This document shows positions 19,258-28,653 of a DNA stretch of 64,000 bases, in pieces. Position 1 is the stretch's first letter. Each line of letters begins with the position of its first letter. Source of the DNA: a virus. The translations under genes were made by a program, and so were the position numbers. The notes below the pieces were generated by a model that was not told the origin of the DNA, did no database searches, and saw nothing but the letters and a program-made list of their open reading frames with translations. The stretch lies in IMG/VR virus record IMGVR_UViG_3300009703_001822; one strand, given 5' to 3'.

Positions 19258-19832
19258 TTAAAAGTTTTTGGCCTAATGAGTGGCCGTTTGAACAAATTGT
19301 AAGTCAGTTACCTGATAAAGGTAATCTAATTGAAATAGGAACTTATTTAGGTAAATCTGCTATAGCATGGGCTGATGAGTTTAACAAAGCAGATAAAGAT
19401 TGGAATATTCATACTATTGATTCCTTTAGTGGTATTCCTAATGTTTGGAGTGAAGACAATCCTAACATAGAATTTTTCAAGAGCTTAGTAATAAGTGGAG
19501 AGGAACAATTAAAACAGTTTAAGGAAAATATAGAAGGTAAAGATAACATTACATGGGAAAAAATATTTTGGACACCAGATTACAAAACAGATGAATGGTA
19601 TGATGTTTTATTTTATGATGGCGCTCACGGATATGGAAACTGTAAACAAGCATTAGAATATTGGGTAGACAGAACAGAATGTATGGTTATAGATGATTAC
19701 GATACAAAGCATCCAGGTACAATGGAGGCAGTAGATGAAGTATATGCTTCTATGAGAGATCCTAAAGAGTTTGAACAAATTTGTGTTGAAGGAAAACAAA
19801 TAGCAGTAATTTGGAGTATAAAAATACCATGA
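19254..19832 (+). CDS. Class I SAM-dependent methyltransferase (Methyltransf_24-like), paralog A
   Basis: LIEIGTYLGKS, IHTIDSF, FYDGAH, IDDY. Confidence 0.85.
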   Translation: MIKSFWPNEWPFEQIVSQLPDKGNLIEIGTYLGKSAIAWADEFNKADKDWNIHTIDSFSGIPNVWSEDNPNIEFFKSLVISGEEQLKQFKENIEGKDNITWEKIFWTPDYKTDEWYDVLFYDGAHGYGNCKQALEYWVDRTECMVIDDYDTKHPGTMEAVDEVYASMRDPKEFEQICVEGKQIAVIWSIKIP

Positions 19833-19999
19833 AAAATAAAGACGAAAGAGATAGCCACTTCATATATAGCATATGGAAAAGTGGTTTTAGAGTAGGCGGT
19901 TGTGTGATACCATTTGTATTCATGGAACCATGGGCATGGCAAGTATTTTTAGGAGCATTTTTTGTTGCTGAAATACTAGGAATTATTGAGGAGATATAA
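19829..19999 (+). CDS. Small membrane protein
   Basis: HFIYSIWKSGFR...AEILGIIEE, two hydrophobic segments. Confidence 0.65.
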   Translation: MKNKDERDSHFIYSIWKSGFRVGGCVIPFVFMEPWAWQVFLGAFFVAEILGIIEEI

Positions 20000-20181
20000 T
20001 GGGAACAAGAGCGTGGTATAAAAAAGGCATAAATGCTAGAAGGGAGGGTGCTTTAGAAAGACTTAGAGCATCTAAATTTACACCAAAAATTGTAAAAGGA
20101 AAAGAACGCAATGAAAAGAACTGGACAAAGAAGAAAGAGGAACAAATTGAAACTCTTGAATCCAGAACTAGAATCTCATAA
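19999..20181 (+). CDS. Small basic hypothetical protein
   Basis: GAGGAG RBS, TAATG coupling. Confidence 0.65.
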   Translation: MGTRAWYKKGINARREGALERLRASKFTPKIVKGKERNEKNWTKKKEEQIETLESRTRIS

Positions 20182-20235
20182 GATTAAATTTCAGGATAAG
20201 TGTCTTAAAGATCAACAAAGTGAGATAGATAAACA

Positions 20236-21033
20236 ATGGAAGGAAATACAAAAAAAGTTGCAATCATCGGATACGGATTTGTAGGTAAAGCTACAGAGTT
20301 TTTATTGGATGAGTTCTTTCCTGGAACTGAAATCCTAATACATGATCCTGAACAAGGTGAGGAAATAGAAAATTGGAAAGGTATCCAATATGCTTTTATT
20401 TGTGTTCCAACTAACCTAAAGGACGGAAAATTAGACGACTCTATTATAGATAAAGTATTAAATGATTTAACTAAAAGATCATGTGCAGATACAGTATTAC
20501 CTGTAATACGAAGTACAATAGGTCCTGATCAGGCAACAATTTTTGTTAGAAAATATGGTGCAATAATTATGCCAGAATTTTTGAGAGAGAAACATTGGAA
20601 GGAGGATGTTTTAGATAATAAGATACCTCTTCTTATAGGTGCCATACCTAATACACACCAAGATTTCTTATTGTGGATGGGGAGTAGTTTTACAGCTGGA
20701 ACTTTAAAACAAAGATTTATTACATCTCCAGGCGTAGCATCTACAATAAAAATATACAGGAATGCTTTTCTTGCAGTTAATGTAGGATTAGCAAATGATA
20801 TAAAAGGAGTCTGCGATATATACGATCTAGATTATCGTGATGTCAAAGAATTCTTTATGTCAGATAAAACATTGGGCAATCATTGGCAAGTTCCTGGACC
20901 AGATGGAAAGTCAGGTTTTGGGGGAACTTGTTTACCAAAAGATTTGACCCATGCTTCTTCATTATGCTATAATGAGAACAATATTATGAAAACGGCCTTA
21001 GAGGCCAACAAAAGTAGGAGAGATGATGAGTAA
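20236..21033 (+). CDS. UDP-glucose/GDP-mannose dehydrogenase family protein (short form)
   Basis: IIGYGFVG, ICVPT, IRST, PEFLRE, GFGGTCLPKD. Confidence 0.9.
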   Translation: MEGNTKKVAIIGYGFVGKATEFLLDEFFPGTEILIHDPEQGEEIENWKGIQYAFICVPTNLKDGKLDDSIIDKVLNDLTKRSCADTVLPVIRSTIGPDQATIFVRKYGAIIMPEFLREKHWKEDVLDNKIPLLIGAIPNTHQDFLLWMGSSFTAGTLKQRFITSPGVASTIKIYRNAFLAVNVGLANDIKGVCDIYDLDYRDVKEFFMSDKTLGNHWQVPGPDGKSGFGGTCLPKDLTHASSLCYNENNIMKTALEANKSRRDDE

Positions 21034-22096
21034 ATTACTTGATAGAATAAAGCAAAATTCTACTATTCGTGAAACAGATATCCTTACTGAATCTAAATTC
21101 TTTAATGAAAAAGATTTGATACAGACATCTGTTCCAGCAGTGAATGTTGCTTTGAGTGGTAAGTTAGACGGTGGTCTAACACCAGGTCTAACAGTATTTG
21201 CCGGTCCTAGTAAACACTTTAAAACAGCGTTTGCTATGTTATTGGCAAAAGCATATTTAGACAAATATGACGATGGTGTCGTATTATTTTATGATAGTGA
21301 GTTTGGAGCTCCTCAGTCTTATTTTGAAACATTTGATATAGATACAAAAAGAGTGGTACATAGTCCTATCTCAGATATTGAACAGTTGAAACATGATGTA
21401 ATGCAACAGTTAAATAACTTTGAAAGAGACGATCATGTCATGATTATTGTAGACTCTGTAGGTAACTTAGCTTCTAAGAAAGAAGTAGAAGATGCCTTAG
21501 AAGGTAAGAGTGTTGCTGATATGACAAGAGCTAAACAAATGAAGTCACTGTTTAGAATGATTACACCTCATTTAACAATTAAAGATATACCTGCAATCGT
21601 AGTTAATCACACATATAAAGAGATAGGATTGTTTCCTAAAGATGTGGTTAGTGGTGGTACAGGTATTTACTATTCTGCAGATAATATTTTTATTATTGGT
21701 AGGAGACAACAAAAGACAGGAACAGAAGTTACAGGTTATGAATTTGTAATTAATGTTGAAAAGTCCAGGTTTGTTAGAGAGAAATCTAAAATTCCTGTAG
21801 AAGTTACATGGGAAGATGGTATTAGTAGATGGTCTGGATTATTAGACATGGCACTAGCATCTGGTTATGTAATTAAACCTAGTAATGGTTGGTATCAGAG
21901 AGTTGATATGGAAACAGGTGAGGCAGTAGATCCTAAAGTAAGAGCTAAGGACTTAGGTAAAGACTTTTGGATACCTATATTATCAGACAAGAAGTTTGGT
22001 CAATGGGTACAGAAACAATATACAGTCGGTTCTGTAGAAATGATGGCAGACGACTTGAGTGAGGAAGATGTCCAAGCAGAATACGATAAAGTGTGA
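21023..22096 (+). CDS. uvsX: RecA-like recombinase UvsX
   Basis: AGPSKHFKT, FYDSEFG, DSVGNLASKKE, VEKSRFVREKS. Confidence 0.96.
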   Translation: MMSKLLDRIKQNSTIRETDILTESKFFNEKDLIQTSVPAVNVALSGKLDGGLTPGLTVFAGPSKHFKTAFAMLLAKAYLDKYDDGVVLFYDSEFGAPQSYFETFDIDTKRVVHSPISDIEQLKHDVMQQLNNFERDDHVMIIVDSVGNLASKKEVEDALEGKSVADMTRAKQMKSLFRMITPHLTIKDIPAIVVNHTYKEIGLFPKDVVSGGTGIYYSADNIFIIGRRQQKTGTEVTGYEFVINVEKSRFVREKSKIPVEVTWEDGISRWSGLLDMALASGYVIKPSNGWYQRVDMETGEAVDPKVRAKDLGKDFWIPILSDKKFGQWVQKQYTVGSVEMMADDLSEEDVQAEYDKV

Positions 22097-22220
22097 TAGG
22101 TGTGAAAAACCTATAGAAGAAAAAGATAAGGCTTACTGTTTTCACAATGAAGAAGGAGAGGTGTATATTTGTGCACCTTGTGTTGTAGAAGTTTATAATG
22201 AGTACAAGGAAGAAGTTTAA
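22068..22220 (+). CDS. Small C4 zinc-finger protein (50 aa, not in ORF track)
   Basis: MSKQNTIKCDRCEKPIEEKDKAYCFHNEEGEVYICAPCVVEVYNEYKEEV; GAGG RBS; stop overlaps gp41 ATG. Confidence 0.7.
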   Translation: MSKQNTIKCDRCEKPIEEKDKAYCFHNEEGEVYICAPCVVEVYNEYKEEV

Positions 22221-23575
22221 TGCTTGATACTGTAATTCTAGTTAATCTAGTTAAAAACGAAAAGTATGTTAGGAAAGTATTGCCTTTTATAAAGGCTGAA
22301 TATTTTTCTGACGCAGATCATAAGTATGCGTTTGAACAGATTAAAAATTATATAGAACAATATAATAATCCTCCTACAATAGAGGCAATGTCTGTTGCAT
22401 TTGATAGAGCTACAGAAGAACAAAGAGGTTTACTAAAAACAGTATTTGAATATGAACAAGAACCTCAGGAATTACAATGGCTCGTAGATCAAACAGAAAA
22501 GTTCTGTAAAGATAAAGCAGTATTTAATGCAGTATTAGAAGGCATACAAATTATTGATGGTAAGAGTAAGGATAAGACTCCTGATGCTTTACCTGAGATG
22601 TTGACTGAGGCATTACAAGTAGGGTTTGATACTAATGTAGGACACGACTTTATAGAAGATGCTGATAAACGATATGATTTCTACAATAGACTAGAAGAAA
22701 AAGTTCCTTTTGACTTAGATTTGTTTAATAAAATTACAGAAGGTGGTTTATCTAACAAGACATTAAACATAGCATTAGCAGGCACAGGTGTAGGTAAATC
22801 CCTGTTTATGTGTCATATGGCGTCTGCTAACATTGCAGCAGGCAAGAGTGTACTCTATATTACATTAGAAATGGCAGAAGAGAGAATAGCAGAAAGAATA
22901 GATGCTAATCTTATGAATATTCCTATTATGGATTTGAAAGACTTATCTAAACCTATGTACCAGGATAGAATACAAACATTAAAAGACAAGTATGAAGGTA
23001 GATTAATTGTTAAAGAATATCCTACAGCATCTGCACATAGTGGACATTTTAAAGCATTATTAAATGAACTTAAACTAAAAAGAAACTTTCATCCAGATAT
23101 TATTTTTATAGACTACTTAAACATATGCACAAGTTCTCGATTTAGGCCTGGTAGTAGTGCTAATTCATATACAATTATTAAGAGTATTGCAGAAGAACTT
23201 AGAGGACTAGCAGTAGAACAGGATGTTCCTATTTTTAGTGCTACACAAACAACAAGAGGTGGTTATAACAGCAGTGATGTAGATTTGACAGACACCTCAG
23301 AAAGTTTTGGTTTGCCTGCTACAGCAGACTTAATGTTTGCTATTATTAGTACAGAAGAACTAGAACAATTAGGGCAGTTTATGATTAAACAGTTAAAAAA
23401 CAGATATGCTGATCCTACAAGAAATAAAAGATTTATGATAGGTGTTGATAGAGCTAAGATGAAATTATATGATTTAGAAGACTCAGCACAACAGGCTATA
23501 ACAGATTCTAATATAGATGTACCAGTATTCGATAGAGGACAATCTGGAGATAAATATGACGACATTAAATTTTAA
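22220..23575 (+). CDS. gp41: Replicative helicase (T4 gp41)
   Basis: LAGTGVGKS, TLEMAEE, IDYLNI, ATQTTR, SESFGLPATAD, QLKNRY. Confidence 0.97.
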   Translation: MLDTVILVNLVKNEKYVRKVLPFIKAEYFSDADHKYAFEQIKNYIEQYNNPPTIEAMSVAFDRATEEQRGLLKTVFEYEQEPQELQWLVDQTEKFCKDKAVFNAVLEGIQIIDGKSKDKTPDALPEMLTEALQVGFDTNVGHDFIEDADKRYDFYNRLEEKVPFDLDLFNKITEGGLSNKTLNIALAGTGVGKSLFMCHMASANIAAGKSVLYITLEMAEERIAERIDANLMNIPIMDLKDLSKPMYQDRIQTLKDKYEGRLIVKEYPTASAHSGHFKALLNELKLKRNFHPDIIFIDYLNICTSSRFRPGSSANSYTIIKSIAEELRGLAVEQDVPIFSATQTTRGGYNSSDVDLTDTSESFGLPATADLMFAIISTEELEQLGQFMIKQLKNRYADPTRNKRFMIGVDRAKMKLYDLEDSAQQAITDSNIDVPVFDRGQSGDKYDDIKF

Positions 23576-24326
23576 TGATATTGAGTTCGAGGTATTAGAT
23601 ACCTTGGTGGCAAAAAGATTTGCTAAATTTTTAGATGAGAATATCCATGAGAGTAGAGAGTTTTACTTTATGGGAGAACAAAAGGAAGAAATAAAATCTG
23701 AGATAGATAAAATTGTTTACATGTTAGGCAAAGAACCTACAAATGATTTGAATGCCTTGCATGAATATTTTGCAGATAATGAGGATGATCCTGAGATGTC
23801 AAGGTTAAATAATCTTATTCATTATTATGAATTAGTAGACAAAGGGTATCCACCTAGATGGGGATATATGGCAGGAAATACTACAATGCAACTATTTTCT
23901 CCAGACTTTGATAGTTTTACATTGACTAGATTGCCTGGTTATTTGTATATAAATTATCCTCATGTAGGAAAGCATTTTGCAGAGATTGCTTTTTCTGAGG
24001 ACTATGACATTAAAAAAGAACAGTATGTACCACAGGATATATGCAGACCTAGTTTCTTTTGCTGGTTAGGAGAAGAAGTATCTCCTAATAATGCAGTTTG
24101 GGAGAAAATTGAGGAAGCACATATAAGATTAAAAGATAAACTAGAATTACCTAATTTATTAGAAAGCAATATGCTACCTACTAAAATTAATCCAGAGATG
24201 AGATTAGGGTATATTCCGTTTGCCAGGCTCTCAGGTGATATAAATACTAATGAACTTACAAATCATTTATTGAAGTGTAAGCGAAAAAGTAAAAATCAAT
24301 GGGAGTTATTTACAAATGGCAGATAG
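23556..24326 (+). CDS. Hypothetical protein
   Basis: Long ORF, GGAGA RBS before ATG 23556, LYINYPHVGKH motif. Confidence 0.75.
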   Translation: MTTLNFNDIEFEVLDTLVAKRFAKFLDENIHESREFYFMGEQKEEIKSEIDKIVYMLGKEPTNDLNALHEYFADNEDDPEMSRLNNLIHYYELVDKGYPPRWGYMAGNTTMQLFSPDFDSFTLTRLPGYLYINYPHVGKHFAEIAFSEDYDIKKEQYVPQDICRPSFFCWLGEEVSPNNAVWEKIEEAHIRLKDKLELPNLLESNMLPTKINPEMRLGYIPFARLSGDINTNELTNHLLKCKRKSKNQWELFTNGR

Positions 24327-24666
24327 AAATTCAGATGTAAATTTAAGTTTAGAAGAATACGAAGCACTAAAAGCACAGATACCTGGAGACGAACCAGAAG
24401 CACCAGCAGCAAAACCTTGGTGGAGTGCACCTGACGATAGAGGTTGGATTTGGATTGCACCAGAGTATTTTAGTAGATGGAGATTATTTCCTCGTGCATT
24501 TATTAGCATGTATATCTACTTATTATATGAAGTAACAAACTGGTTCATGGCATTACCATCACCAGGAGCAGAACAAGCAGGGCTTGTTAGTGTGGTTGTA
24601 GGAGCAGGGGCTGCTTGGTTTGGATTGTATGTAAACAGTACAAGTACAGACCACAGTAAAAATTAA
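24316..24666 (+). CDS. Two-TM membrane protein, holin-like candidate
   Basis: WRLFPR followed by two hydrophobic helices; late promoter TATAAATA at 24239-24246. Confidence 0.55.
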   Translation: MADRNSDVNLSLEEYEALKAQIPGDEPEAPAAKPWWSAPDDRGWIWIAPEYFSRWRLFPRAFISMYIYLLYEVTNWFMALPSPGAEQAGLVSVVVGAGAAWFGLYVNSTSTDHSKN

Positions 24667-25079
24667 TGCCCACAATCGAACTAAGCGCATACTATATAGA
24701 GTTTATAGGTTTCCTACTAACTCTTATAGTCGGGTTATCTATACGGGACGCAGCATCATCTTTTGTTAAAGGTGCTAAGTTCCGTTTTAACCCTGCCTTT
24801 AAAGAAGGCGACAAGGTAATATTAGATGGTAGTCCTGCCTTGATAGTAAAAATAGGATTATCAGAAACAGTATTTGGTGTATATGGAGACGATGGTTATA
24901 CCTGGAGATATGTCCCTAACACCCGTATAGAATTTTTGAAGTTAGAGAAGATAGTTGATCCTGACTTACACAGAGACACAGATCAAGAGAGGGCACAAAA
25001 ATTAGTTGACGCTATGCAAGATGCCAAGATTAAAACTAACGGAGAGGAGATTAGCAAACTAAAAAATGGAGAAAAGTGA
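24666..25079 (+). CDS. Truncated MscS-like mechanosensitive-channel domain protein
   Basis: TM helix then FKEGDKVILDG...VKIGLSET...YVPN beta-domain pattern. Confidence 0.6.
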   Translation: MPTIELSAYYIEFIGFLLTLIVGLSIRDAASSFVKGAKFRFNPAFKEGDKVILDGSPALIVKIGLSETVFGVYGDDGYTWRYVPNTRIEFLKLEKIVDPDLHRDTDQERAQKLVDAMQDAKIKTNGEEISKLKNGEK

Positions 25080-25312
25080 TGCCCGCAAAATTCAAACCCA
25101 GCGAGAAAGAATATATTAAGAATAAAGACGGAAGAAATACAAACAGGTGGAGATGGAAACATCACTACTGCAAAAACACCTCAACCGAGGAACTTATAAA
25201 AGCCATAAACACTGGCAAACCGAAGCATAAAAACAAATTTATCAATGAATTGACCCGTAGAGGGGTGAAATTAGTGTGGAAAACACCAAAAGAAATCGAA
25301 GAAAAAGCCTAA
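25076..25312 (+). CDS. Basic hypothetical protein
   Basis: GGAG RBS; PAKFKPS...NELTRRG. Confidence 0.7.
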   Translation: MMPAKFKPSEKEYIKNKDGRNTNRWRWKHHYCKNTSTEELIKAINTGKPKHKNKFINELTRRGVKLVWKTPKEIEEKA

Positions 25313-25350
25313 GTTACTGATATAACAGCGAAAAAGAGTTGAAAAAAAGG

Positions 25351-25379
25351 TTGACTTTTGGTTCCTCAGAGTGCATAAT
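25351..25379 (+). promoter_or_regulatory. sigma70-type early promoter
   Basis: TTGACT-17 bp-CATAAT with GGTTC...AGAGTG spacer. Confidence 0.85.
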
Positions 25380-25410
25380 AGTACTATAAACTAAAAAAGT
25401 GAGGAAAAAT

Positions 25411-25773
25411 ATGTTAATAGTTGAAACAAAATCAAAAATCGAAGTTAATGAAGTATGTGAATTATCACAAGATTCTTATTACACTAGAAATCCTGAAGAT
25501 TCAGCAGTTACTGGTGATATTGGACCTAACAGTCCAGAGTCGATTTTTGTTAAATCCATTGAAATTATCAAATATGAAGATAAAGCAGATGGAGATGTTT
25601 GGTACCACGCTAAAGTAGAACATGATGGTATTTGGGAAATCTACACAGATACAGCAGTAGGCCCATTTATTGATCTAAAACTACAAAATGCAGGTCACAA
25701 CTTTAGCAGTGTAGATTTTTCAGAACAAGGTATGCAACAAAACGGTTTAGCAGACCTTGATTTAGTAGCTTAA
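25411..25773 (+). CDS. Early hypothetical protein
   Basis: GTGAGG RBS; WEIYTD...FSEQGMQ. Confidence 0.75.
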   Translation: MLIVETKSKIEVNEVCELSQDSYYTRNPEDSAVTGDIGPNSPESIFVKSIEIIKYEDKADGDVWYHAKVEHDGIWEIYTDTAVGPFIDLKLQNAGHNFSSVDFSEQGMQQNGLADLDLVA

Positions 25774-25791
25774 TTAGTTTAGGAGAACTTT

Positions 25792-26178
25792 ATGAGAACT
25801 TGGGAAGAATTATCAGAAAAAGAACAGTTACTGACTTATATCAGTGATGTCCATAAGGACGCTAGGGGTTTTAGGCCTCGTGGTATGTACAATGATCTTT
25901 CAGTCCCAGAGCTTGAAAAAGTTCTTGACGATCTCTCTGAGGAGTCTCATCAAGAGGCTCTTCGTATGGAGAGAATGCAAACTGAGAACTGGAAGGAGCT
26001 TAAAGAGCACCTTGCAGGTCTTGTGGATATAGGCGCAAAAGATTTCAGGCAAGCCCTTGCTTGGGATATTCAAGCCGAGGATTGTAAACATGAAGGCTGG
26101 ACAGATTATGGCTTTTATTGTTACAAAAAAGGTATTGCGTATCGTAAGGAAAGGGTGCTAACTAGATTAGCAGCTTGA
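25792..26178 (+). CDS. Early hypothetical protein
   Basis: AGGAG RBS; YISDVHKDARGFRPR. Confidence 0.75.
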   Translation: MRTWEELSEKEQLLTYISDVHKDARGFRPRGMYNDLSVPELEKVLDDLSEESHQEALRMERMQTENWKELKEHLAGLVDIGAKDFRQALAWDIQAEDCKHEGWTDYGFYCYKKGIAYRKERVLTRLAA

Positions 26179-26199
26179 TGCTTTTGGTCCTATTAAAGG

Positions 26200-26228
26200 T
26201 TGACTCTTGGTTAACAAGAGTCTATAAT
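26200..26228 (+). promoter_or_regulatory. sigma70-type promoter with perfect internal palindrome
   Basis: TTGACT-17 bp-TATAAT; GACTCTTG-GTTAA-CAAGAGTC. Confidence 0.85.
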
Positions 26229-26262
26229 ATGGTTATATTTAAAAAAATGGAGAAACGCTGTT

Positions 26263-26592
26263 ATGACTGATCAACTATTTAAATATGCAGGCTATTCTGT
26301 TACTGAAACAGGCCAAACAAAGGCTAGGTTCGGTAACGATATGGTATCTCGCATTAAGAAACTTACGGCCAAAGGCAACCAAGATACTTGGTTCGCTGAA
26401 TTGCCGGAAGCTATGACCAAGAAGGATGCTTCTACTTTTCTTCTCGAAAGAGAGGACATCAAGACTAATTTTGATGTTAGAGACGCACTCCAGAAGGTCG
26501 TATATCGGAATGTACCTAAGGGAACGACTCGCATCGTGAACGAAGGTGCAAACTTAAACGGCAATGGTGCCGACAACAATATGGAGAGCTAA
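26263..26592 (+). CDS. Hypothetical protein
   Basis: GGAG RBS; FKYAGYS...KARFGND...ELPEAMTK. Confidence 0.75.
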   Translation: MTDQLFKYAGYSVTETGQTKARFGNDMVSRIKKLTAKGNQDTWFAELPEAMTKKDASTFLLEREDIKTNFDVRDALQKVVYRNVPKGTTRIVNEGANLNGNGADNNMES

Positions 26593-26593
26593 T

Positions 26594-26845
26594 ATGGCAA
26601 CTCGTAAAGTGAGCCAAACTCAAAAGGTTTTAAACTTTTTGAATAAAGGCAATAGCTTAAGCAATGCAGTAGCAACGCACAAGCTAAAAGTAAATAGACT
26701 TCCTGCTAAGATTCATGTTCTTAGAGGACAGGGATATCCTATTTACACCAATACCAATTCTCAAGGTAATCCTACCTACAGAATGGGTACTCCTAGCAGA
26801 GCGATGATAGCAGCAGCTTTTAAAGCTGGCGTATCATTTAGCTAG
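26594..26845 (+). CDS. Winged helix-turn-helix DNA-binding protein
   Basis: SQTQKVLNFL...LPAKIHVLRGQGYPIYTN...YRMGTPSR. Confidence 0.7.
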   Translation: MATRKVSQTQKVLNFLNKGNSLSNAVATHKLKVNRLPAKIHVLRGQGYPIYTNTNSQGNPTYRMGTPSRAMIAAAFKAGVSFS

Positions 26846-26855
26846 GCTAAGTGTT

Positions 26856-27075
26856 ATGGAGCACTATAAGTCGGGAACTAGCGCATGTGCTCCATATTTT
26901 TAGGTCATATAATAATTCAAACAGACCTAACAGAGAGGTTTGGTACACCGAGGTCGTCAGAGGCCAAAAGACCAACTATAAATAAAAGGAGAGAGGGAAG
27001 GACCTCGTTAAAAACCTGGAACATAAAACATATATCTGTCCTGGGTACGACAGATGAAATAAAAGACCCAACTAA
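26856..27075 (+). ncRNA. Candidate structured intergenic RNA (hairpins and H-type pseudoknot)
   Basis: Complementary pairs TATGGAGCAC/GTGCTCCATA, TTAGGTC/GACCTAA, CGAGGTC/GACCTCG, ATCTGTC/GACAGAT with loop TGGGT matching downstream ACCCA. Confidence 0.45.
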
Positions 27076-27093
27076 TTTAAAGGACAAGAGTCA

Positions 27094-27339
27094 ATGGCAA
27101 ATACACAAATAGGTAAAGAACTTATAGAAGCACTGGAACAACAATACAGAGGCAACATAGCCTCAGCAAAAGCCAATGTTAGGGTATATTTAGAAAACCC
27201 TGCAGGTATAGGCGAGCATCCAGATGTAGTACAAGCCCTTGATACACAAATTGCTATTATAGCAGAGAACCAGGAGAAACTGGACATACTTAATAGCAGA
27301 AGGTTCAACTTTGCAGGAAATAAGTACCCTGTAGAATGA
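27094..27339 (+). CDS. T4-like conserved hypothetical protein
   Basis: ANVRVYLENPAGIGEHPD motif. Confidence 0.8.
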   Translation: MANTQIGKELIEALEQQYRGNIASAKANVRVYLENPAGIGEHPDVVQALDTQIAIIAENQEKLDILNSRRFNFAGNKYPVE

Positions 27340-27560
27340 TTACTACCTTCGGAGATAACGAATTCAAAGCCACCGTAGAATATAAAGGTGGCACGCGGGA
27401 AACGCACATGCACGAGGTTATATATTATGATAACCTTGCGCCTGACAAGAAACCATTTACAAACTATGTCTTTAATGAAGACAAGCAAAAGGGTGAAAAT
27501 GATGCTATTGAAATGGCACAGGAATTTGTTAGATCGAGGGAAGTAAAATATGGCAAATAA
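27336..27560 (+). CDS. Hypothetical protein
   Basis: ATGA overlap with upstream stop. Confidence 0.65.
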   Translation: MITTFGDNEFKATVEYKGGTRETHMHEVIYYDNLAPDKKPFTNYVFNEDKQKGENDAIEMAQEFVRSREVKYGK

Positions 27561-28035
27561 TGTATATTCAACAATTAAATTTGTTAAAGGTGATCATGAA
27601 TCTGAGAGAGAATTCATTAGGATTTTCGAGTTCATAGAAACTTATGAAGAAAGGTCTTTAGAATTTTCAGACTTCTTTAGAACTAATCAAGAAATTGTAG
27701 ACCAAGAATTTATGGAAACATGGGTTGGTCCTCGTAAGGCACATATTACAAAGTTTATGGGGACAGAAGTAGAAGTGAAATCCGCCTGGATATCTCCTCA
27801 GGTCTTCCTATTCAATCTTATAGAACATTTAAGAGACTTTGATCCTGACATAAAAATTAGCATGTCCTATGAAGATGAGTTTCTAAACTTTGCAGGTGTT
27901 TATGTTAATGAAAAGAATCAAGAAGAGTCAGGTGGTTGGTTTAAAGAACAATTTGATGAAAGAGCCATTGAAGATGACTTTCTAGGCTTCGTTGAAGAAG
28001 TCGTAGAAATGTGGGAAGAGGAATTATGCGATTAG
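27550..28035 (+). CDS. Acidic hypothetical protein
   Basis: MANNV...SAW.SP...YEDEFLNFAG. Confidence 0.75.
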   Translation: MANNVYSTIKFVKGDHESEREFIRIFEFIETYEERSLEFSDFFRTNQEIVDQEFMETWVGPRKAHITKFMGTEVEVKSAWISPQVFLFNLIEHLRDFDPDIKISMSYEDEFLNFAGVYVNEKNQEESGGWFKEQFDERAIEDDFLGFVEEVVEMWEEELCD

Positions 28036-28484
28036 ATTATAAAAACTGTGGCGACATAGGTATAACTTGTTCTACATTTGATTTACTACATGCAGGACAT
28101 GTTGTAATGTTAGAAGAAGCTAAGCGCCATTGTGATTATCTAATAGCAGCTTTACAGGTTGATCCTAACATAGATCGTCCTGAAAAGAACAAACCAATAC
28201 AGACTATTGTAGAGAGGCAAATACAGTTAGCAGCAGTTAAATTTGTTGACGAGATTGTGATGTATTCTACAGAGCCTGAACTGGAAGATCTATTTCTTAC
28301 CTTACCTTTAAATGTTAGAGTGTTAGGTGATGAATATAGAAACAAGGAGTTTACGGCAAAGCAAATATGCTTAGATCGTAAAATTAAAATCGTTTACAAC
28401 AAGAGAGATCATACTTTTTCTAGTACATCTCTAAGAAATCGTATAGGAGTATATAATGAGAAACAAGACAACAGCAATTCGTAG
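28026..28484 (+). CDS. Cytidylyltransferase (TagD/RfaE-like HIGH family)
   Basis: TFDLLHAGH, ERQIQL, RDHTFSSTSLR. Confidence 0.9.
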   Translation: MRLDYKNCGDIGITCSTFDLLHAGHVVMLEEAKRHCDYLIAALQVDPNIDRPEKNKPIQTIVERQIQLAAVKFVDEIVMYSTEPELEDLFLTLPLNVRVLGDEYRNKEFTAKQICLDRKIKIVYNKRDHTFSSTSLRNRIGVYNEKQDNSNS

Positions 28485-28653
28485 AGTGGTTAACTGTCTT
28501 AATGCCGAGAAAAGAGCATTACATGGAGAGTTCAAAGCCTATTGGAAACATACAGCACAAAAAATTGCCTCTGATAATGATATAGATATTAGCAGAGTAA
28601 AAGACAATTTGGAGTTATACAATGCAAAGCCTCAAAATAGTAGCATCCACTAG
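28456..28653 (+). CDS. Hypothetical protein
   Basis: AGGAG RBS, overlaps both neighbours. Confidence 0.65.
   Translation: MRNKTTAIRRVVNCLNAEKRALHGEFKAYWKHTAQKIASDNDIDISRVKDNLELYNAKPQNSSIH

Noticed and set aside
27040-27080. Assignment of the pseudoknot to preQ1-I riboswitch or pistol ribozyme
   Set aside because: Topology is reminiscent but I could not match the conserved core nucleotides; left unassigned
26885-27112. 75-aa ORF across the structured intergenic region
   Set aside because: No RBS, atypical composition, overlaps predicted stems
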